Below, piece by piece: positions 58,177-64,000 of a stretch of DNA of 64,000 nucleotides. Made by a program: the position numbers and the translations under genes. The notes below the pieces were generated by a model, which made no database searches, was not told where the DNA came from, and saw only the letters and a program-made list of their open reading frames with translations. This DNA comes from Marsupella aquatica (taxonomy: Eukaryota > Plantae > Marchantiophyta). The DNA is taken from NCBI GenBank assembly GCA_973895155.1, contig OZ316891.1, forward strand, positions 21,030,169 to 21,094,168, given 5' to 3'. Position 1 is the first letter of the stretch, and each line of letters begins with the position of its first letter.

Positions 58177-59909
58177 GGTTAACGATCGACCAACTTACCT
58201 CAAAATATCAAAGTTCCCCCACCCGCAAAACACATTATGTCATTCAAGGTTTAATTTAGCTCCTTTGATAAGGTTTTGGGCCCCCATTATTTTCATACCG
58301 TGAAGGTGTATAATGCATTCTATGAACCACGCTAAACTTGTGCGCCATGGTCGTAGCAGCTTTTGACTCCTCAATGTAAGTTAGCCCACAAAGAATCCCA
58401 AAGGGCAGCTCGAAAGCAGAATCTACAACGTACTGCGGAGTCTACCCTGGACCGATCTGACTCAAAAATGCGCAAGATTGCTCGATCGGTTGGGCTAAAG
58501 CGTGATCCATATGGTGCTACTGCAGTTTGATAATATGCTATTGTGAGGCGGGTTGCTAGGTGGTTTAGAGACTCCTTCTTCCTGATTTCAACTCCACCGT
58601 CTTACCGTCGCGGACTCACTACCACTTCTCTCCTGACCCCAGAACCTTTGCTAACTTCTCCACTCTCTGCCACGCAAGGAAGATATTAATTAATGAGCGC
58701 GCAAGAAAAAGTATTTCAGGTATACATAAAATCCTCTAGACGCTCAAAGTCTGAACCGGACGTACTGTTCCCACTGAGACTGGCCTCTTGGATACGGGCT
58801 TGGATATCGAAATGAGCAGGACAGCTATGGAGCAGGACAGCCATACGGAAGAGTGATCGGACCTCATCAAGTTGTCATGAGGACCGATTCATACAGTTAG
58901 TATGAACAGAGCAATGTCTTATTCACAATTATATGAATCAAAGTACTTGGTTACCAGATCGATGTGCGATTGATGAGTGACTGAAGCGCTTGTGACTAGA
59001 AGTTCAGGAGCCATATACCTCACTGTCCTTCGGAGTAAGGTACCACATGAGCGGGCGCGCGATTATTTCGAGGCAAAATCATAACTTATAACCAATGAGC
59101 CCAGTGCTGTCTGTCCTTACTTTTGAAAACGCATGTTTACAGCTTTAGACGATTATACCATTTGGGTTGGAGCCCAGTGTTAATCCACCACGCATTGAAA
59201 CTATATATTGCTCTTGTGACACACGGATCATTCTGATGGGAGTTCAAATCTTAGGCCAACAAGCTGGCTAGGAAGACTGATCACCTTCGTGTCATAAATT
59301 ATGTATCCAAATTCAGGGACAGTTCGTCATAGATGTAGCGCGTTTTGAACGATTTCGGAGAGGATCTTGGTACAAATTTTCTTGTACTTTACATCCAAGT
59401 CTGGGGAATTCGGGTAAATACCTCTTTGCTGAAGTCTGGGTCCTTTGAATTTACTTCAAGCCCATTTGCAACCTTGGGAAACACGGACAGTCTAGTTCAA
59501 CTACTAGGCATTCATGTTTGGGGATCACTCTGATGAATGCGTTCAAGAGCGGGTTCAAGAGCGGGTTCAAGAGCTTTAGAAGCATTGCATTTAAACTCTT
59601 TCTAAGCTGGAGATTGCCTGCCAGCAGAACTTTTCAAGAATTAATTCGATCCGTATACGTCTTCAAGGAATGACCTCATTCGATTGGAAGTGAGAACATC
59701 ATGCAGTTTAGGAGACAGTGCTTGGTCGGGACATTGCGATATGTGCTGCCCAGTTTTCAATCGAGCAAGTTGTATAGCCCGCAAATGCTTTGCCGCTGGA
59801 TGTAGCCAGGTAGCATGCTGCATGATACGTCCGAAGAGCGAGTGAACTCGAGCCTAAAACTATCAATGCCAGATACATCTACGGTTTCATAGGACGTCGA
59901 CCATAGGCA

Positions 59910-61249
59910 GTGAGAGGAGGATTCATGGATTGCAAGAGCTCGCCCAGAAGCAGTTTGGGGATCTTGGCTCGGGTAACGGTTCACATGTTCAAGGAAAGTG
60001 CGAGGCTGACTTCATCGGCACTCGTGTTGCTGCCGTTCACTATGATGGTGTTTGACGGTGATATGAGATACCACAATCATAGTAATTCTTTAGTTGAGGC
60101 AACTGATTTGAGTGGGGACCTCAGTAGTCTGTGTGCGGCTATCGTGGACAGCACTGGGTACCCTTGCATTGAGCACACGGTGCAAACAGCGGACGGCTAT
60201 GTGCTCGGTCTACAGAATATCCCCTGCGGATTACATAATTCCGGGGAAATGGTCACCAAGCGCCATCCAGTCTTTTTACAGCATGGTCTAATTGAGGATG
60301 GGGATGACTGGGTGCTCAATTCTCCAGAAGAGGCGTTGGCGTACTTGATGGCGGACGCAGGCTTCGATGTGTGGATCGGAAACACTCGCAACACCCGTTG
60401 GACTCATGGGCATGTGTCTCTCTCTAAGCAATCTCAGGATTATTGGAACTGGAGTTGGGATGAGCTTGCAGCTTATGACCTGCCCGCATCTCTCTCCTAT
60501 GTGTATCGAATGACAAACTATACCAAACTATGCTACGTTGGCCACTCCATGGGGACGTTGACAGTGCTTGCAGCACTCTCTGAGGGGAAATCTGAGGTAG
60601 TGGAGAGCCTTGAAGCAGTCGCATTGCTAAGTCCGATTGCTTATGTGGGTAATATTTCCTCACCCTTGGTACAGTTGGGGGCCAATCTCTACATAGACAA
60701 GATTTTCCAAGAATTTGGTCTCACTGAATTCTCCTTGTCAAATGCTGTGGGGTTAGAGTTGCTCTCGTTGGCCTGTGTCACACCGGGTATTGAGTGCGGA
60801 GACTTACTTTCAGCAGTAACAGGGTCCAATTGTTGTCTCAACACCTCTCGAATACCCTACTACCTGCAATTTGAGCCTCAATCAACATCCCTCAAGAACA
60901 TGGTTCATTTTGCCCAAATGGTAAGGAGGGGAACATTTGCGAAGTACGACTACGGTGAAGAGGAGAACAAGGTCAGATACAATCAGCCTTCTCCACCACC
61001 CTACGACGCGTCGAACATAGATTCATCGATTGCCATGTTGATTGCGTATGGAGGCAAGGATGCAATTGCTGATTCGGAAGATGTGACTAGACGTCTTCTC
61101 CCATTACTTTCGCCTGGTAGGCTCCTTGAAGTTCTTTACCTGCTGACTATGCGCACTCAGACTTCATTCTCGGGAATACAGCATACGAGGACCTGTACCC
61201 CCATCTCATCTCCTTCTTCCGAACTCACCACGTCTCGCAGCTAGAGTAG
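59910..61249 (+). pseudogene. Acid/triacylglycerol lipase (alpha/beta-hydrolase, gastric-lipase-like), intronless, with a frameshift before the catalytic His
   Basis: VQTADGYVL, VFLQHGL, DAGFDVWIGNTR, WSWDELAAYDLP, YVGHSMG nucleophile elbow, GGKDAIAD. The DYAHSDFILG motif is out of frame after about 61143 and ends at TAG 61247-61249. True start uncertain (ATG candidates at 59925, 59985 or later). Confidence 0.88.
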
Positions 61250-62969
61250 TCTGTACTAGGGTTGATTACTCTCTTTCTAGTTAAATTCTTGCAACTCAGT
61301 GAACCTGTGTTCAGAGTATTCAATCTTCAAATCAGCCCTGAGATGATAAGTGTCAGTCGAGCACTAGAGATTAGAACGAAGATAAGTAGCATTGCAATTG
61401 AACTTCTTTTGGCCTGGTCAGCTCGTACTGTGCTTGCTTGGGCAAATTGTGGGAGTCCAAAATAAGCTGTGTTGCAAGTTTGAAAAGCTAAAGTTCGTCG
61501 GGGTTGCAAATCTCTGTGGACTACATTCAGAGAGGAATAAAATGACTGCAGCTCACATTACTTACCGTCAGTTGTTATATTGTACTTGTGTTCTTTCTTC
61601 ATGTTATTGATCTAATCTTCGGATCTCTTGTGTCTATTTTCTTCCCTCTTTCTCTTTGCCATATCTCTTTAAACCACCACTAGCCATATAAAGGAAGAGT
61701 CCAAGACTTCGCTGTTTTTCACATTCTTATGTGAGATGTTGTTCCACAACTTCAGTGAAAAATACTAACAATGGTGAAACCTGGTGTATCTAGATTTTGT
61801 CATGGACAGTGGCGCTATATGAACTTTGATCATACATTCTCATTATGTAGAAAATGGCTGGATATGTCACTAAATACTTCAGTAAAATTGCAGTTTGCGA
61901 AGGGAAGTTTTTTCGAGCACTTTTGTAGCTTTTGGAAACAATGAGAGCATTTTGTAGTTTCTTTCAAATTTCCAAGTAGATTTGCATTAGGTCTCCCTAG
62001 AATCTGTGATGGAGAGAACCTGAAGGACTGGCAATAGACCTTAGTTAGAAGCGAGTCATCAAGCAATTGTTCGATCCATTGAGGTAGGCGCCAGTTTCAA
62101 TGGACTCATCAGTCGCACTGTCCGGAAGTGCACGACTCTTATAATCAATCCAGACGTCAGATCGACTCATAATCAATCCAGACGTCAGATCGATAGAGTT
62201 GGACAGTCAGAACTGTCTCATACATAGTGTACCCTCAGCTGTAGAGCAGCTACTTTTTCAACGCATGAAATGGGCGACCTACGTACGAATGAATGATCGT
62301 GACCAGATCATGATCGAGTAAGTCCTAACTTTCAGAAATTCTACCGCACGACTCGTCTCACCAGGAGACATTAATATACTCTATACAATCGCAAACAGAA
62401 AATACAGGAATGGATGATTGTCCCCTGCCCTTGTTAAGTATTTGTCAATTAAGTTGATTCCTCGATGAAAGTCCTCGATCAATTTTAATCGGTTCTGTCT
62501 AGCAGCTCATGAAGTATGAACCGAGCAATGGTCCAGATCGCAAGGACCATTTAAAGAGTCCCACGATCGACTCTGAAAGCTCGCCCCACAACGCAATGCT
62601 TCATCGATCAAATTCAGGAGCCGTGCTATGCAGACCAAGATGAATCTAACAATGCCCTGAATAGCGGTCAACCTCTACACCGGACTAGCTCGTCCCCGCA
62701 TAATTTTGTTCAGGTTGACTGAAAATGAATTAAGTTAATAAAGATGATCAATCAGACTTACCAGCAACGATTGAACATTCCATACATCGAGTCCCGAAAC
62801 CGTTGTCTCAATTACTATTCTACGCTCATTAGGGTTCTATTATAAAATCCTCAGCAAGGATCAGCCTTCCAAAATATAGCTCTCTCGTTGATTATAGCAG
62901 AGGTTGGGGACATAGAGTTCACCACAATTCAGCGAAGCCCTTCCAGAAGTTTGTGTTCGTAGGGACTGA

Positions 62970-63380
62970 TATTTTGAGGTTGGTCGATCATGAACCATGG
63001 CTGCGATTAGCACCAAGCCTTCTTTCTGTCGTTCTCGTCTGCCAGTAAATTTGAGTACGAAGTGTCGGTCGAGGTGCCAGACTTGCCATGTCTACCTCTT
63101 CTGTCTTTGTCCAAAATTTCGAAGCTTTCATTGGTCCCCACTTCCCAGCAAAGTCGCCACCCCAGGCATGGATTCTCCATTCCTCGAGTGAAGGCCCTAG
63201 ACGGCCTGCATTTGCAAGCCAACTCTTCCCCCCACAGAAGGAACTCCTCCCCAACAGAAGAGGTCCCTTACTCGGTTCCCTGGAATCAACTGGCCAGCAA
63301 AACCCATCCCGCCCCCTTTGCCGGGCTTGCCATTCCCAGATTTTTCACATCCCCCAACCCCACCTAATTCTATCACTTGA
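62970..63380 (+). pseudogene. Inverted paralog (copy B) of the Pro-rich secreted-protein gene, signal peptide deleted
   Basis: gatattttgagg...aaccatggctgcgattagcaccaagcctt...ctcgtctgccagt...ggcctgcatttgcaagccaactcttccccc...cggttccctggaatcaact...tttttcacatcccccaac matches the reverse complement of about 57760-58210. Confidence 0.8.
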
Positions 63381-64000
63381 ACCTCAAAGGTCAACTCCTT
63401 GTAGGATGTTACCATTCCGGGCTTCACTAGGGCATCTCAAACACGGTCAATTTTCACGAATGAACCAGGCTCGGGAGTGTTTCAGGCAGAGGCAGCAGGA
63501 AGGACTGGTTGGGCACCAAATGTGAGGCCGGACTGTCATGCCTGGGAGTCATGACCGAAAAGGAGGGCCTGACTGCTAGTTTGGATTCTTTCTTTCAGAG
63601 GGAAGTCCCATATCACATGCTCAGTTTTGGGGAATAAACACCCTAAAATATAAATAAATCATATTTTTAATCACTTGTTTACCTCTAACTTTTGGGAAAT
63701 CATACTCTTGGAATATTCACACATTTCATTTTAGAAAACCCTATAATCCTTATAGTTCTCAAAAGTGGACCCCTAATGTTCTTCCACAAAACTTGGCACG
63801 TGATTGGTCGGAAGGCAAAAAGTGAGGACCCCCAGGGCAAGATGGTGGCTTGAGGCCCATCCCCAAGCCAATCCAGCCATACCTCCCTGTATATGTCTTC
63901 AGAGGAGTTCTTGACAGTCATGTGTCTTAATATGGGGTTACCACACTTCTTGTAGGCCTATCTACTTCGTGCACCTGTGGGAAGGGGTCCATATTTGTTG

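Noticed and set aside
59541-59575. gttcaagagcgg x3, and a 28-bp duplication near 62134-62193
   Set aside because: Ordinary short slippage duplications with no further structure.

Overview
This is eukaryotic nuclear DNA, rich in transposons. It is most likely from a land plant and probably a non-seed plant; that is inferred from gene and transposon families, and the species cannot be identified. Left to right: (1) a decayed PIF1/Helitron-like helicase remnant; (2) two nested Ty1/copia LTR retrotransposons of Bianca type (outer 2172-15987, inner 9077-15647), both with LTRs, TSDs, a half-tRNA-Ile PBS and disrupted gag-pol; (3) a GC-rich intronless PhnB/VOC gene of probable microbial origin; (4) intronless helicase-C-like and MPP6-like genes, several orphan ORFs, CRE-type non-LTR fragments, a solo LTR with a nested MITE, and a microRNA-like hairpin; (5) a ~9.6-kb hAT element (~47044-56635); (6) an intronless, frameshifted lipase between two inverted copies of a Pro-rich secreted-protein gene. 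The hAT element is the most notable structure. Opposite its BED/DUF659 transposase and converging on it, it carries an intact protein kinase and a coiled-coil/RING protein. Each transcription direction is preceded by a mirror-image triple-motif region, and splice signals suggest both cargo genes share one promoter. Coordinates were read by eye, and no database searches were run.
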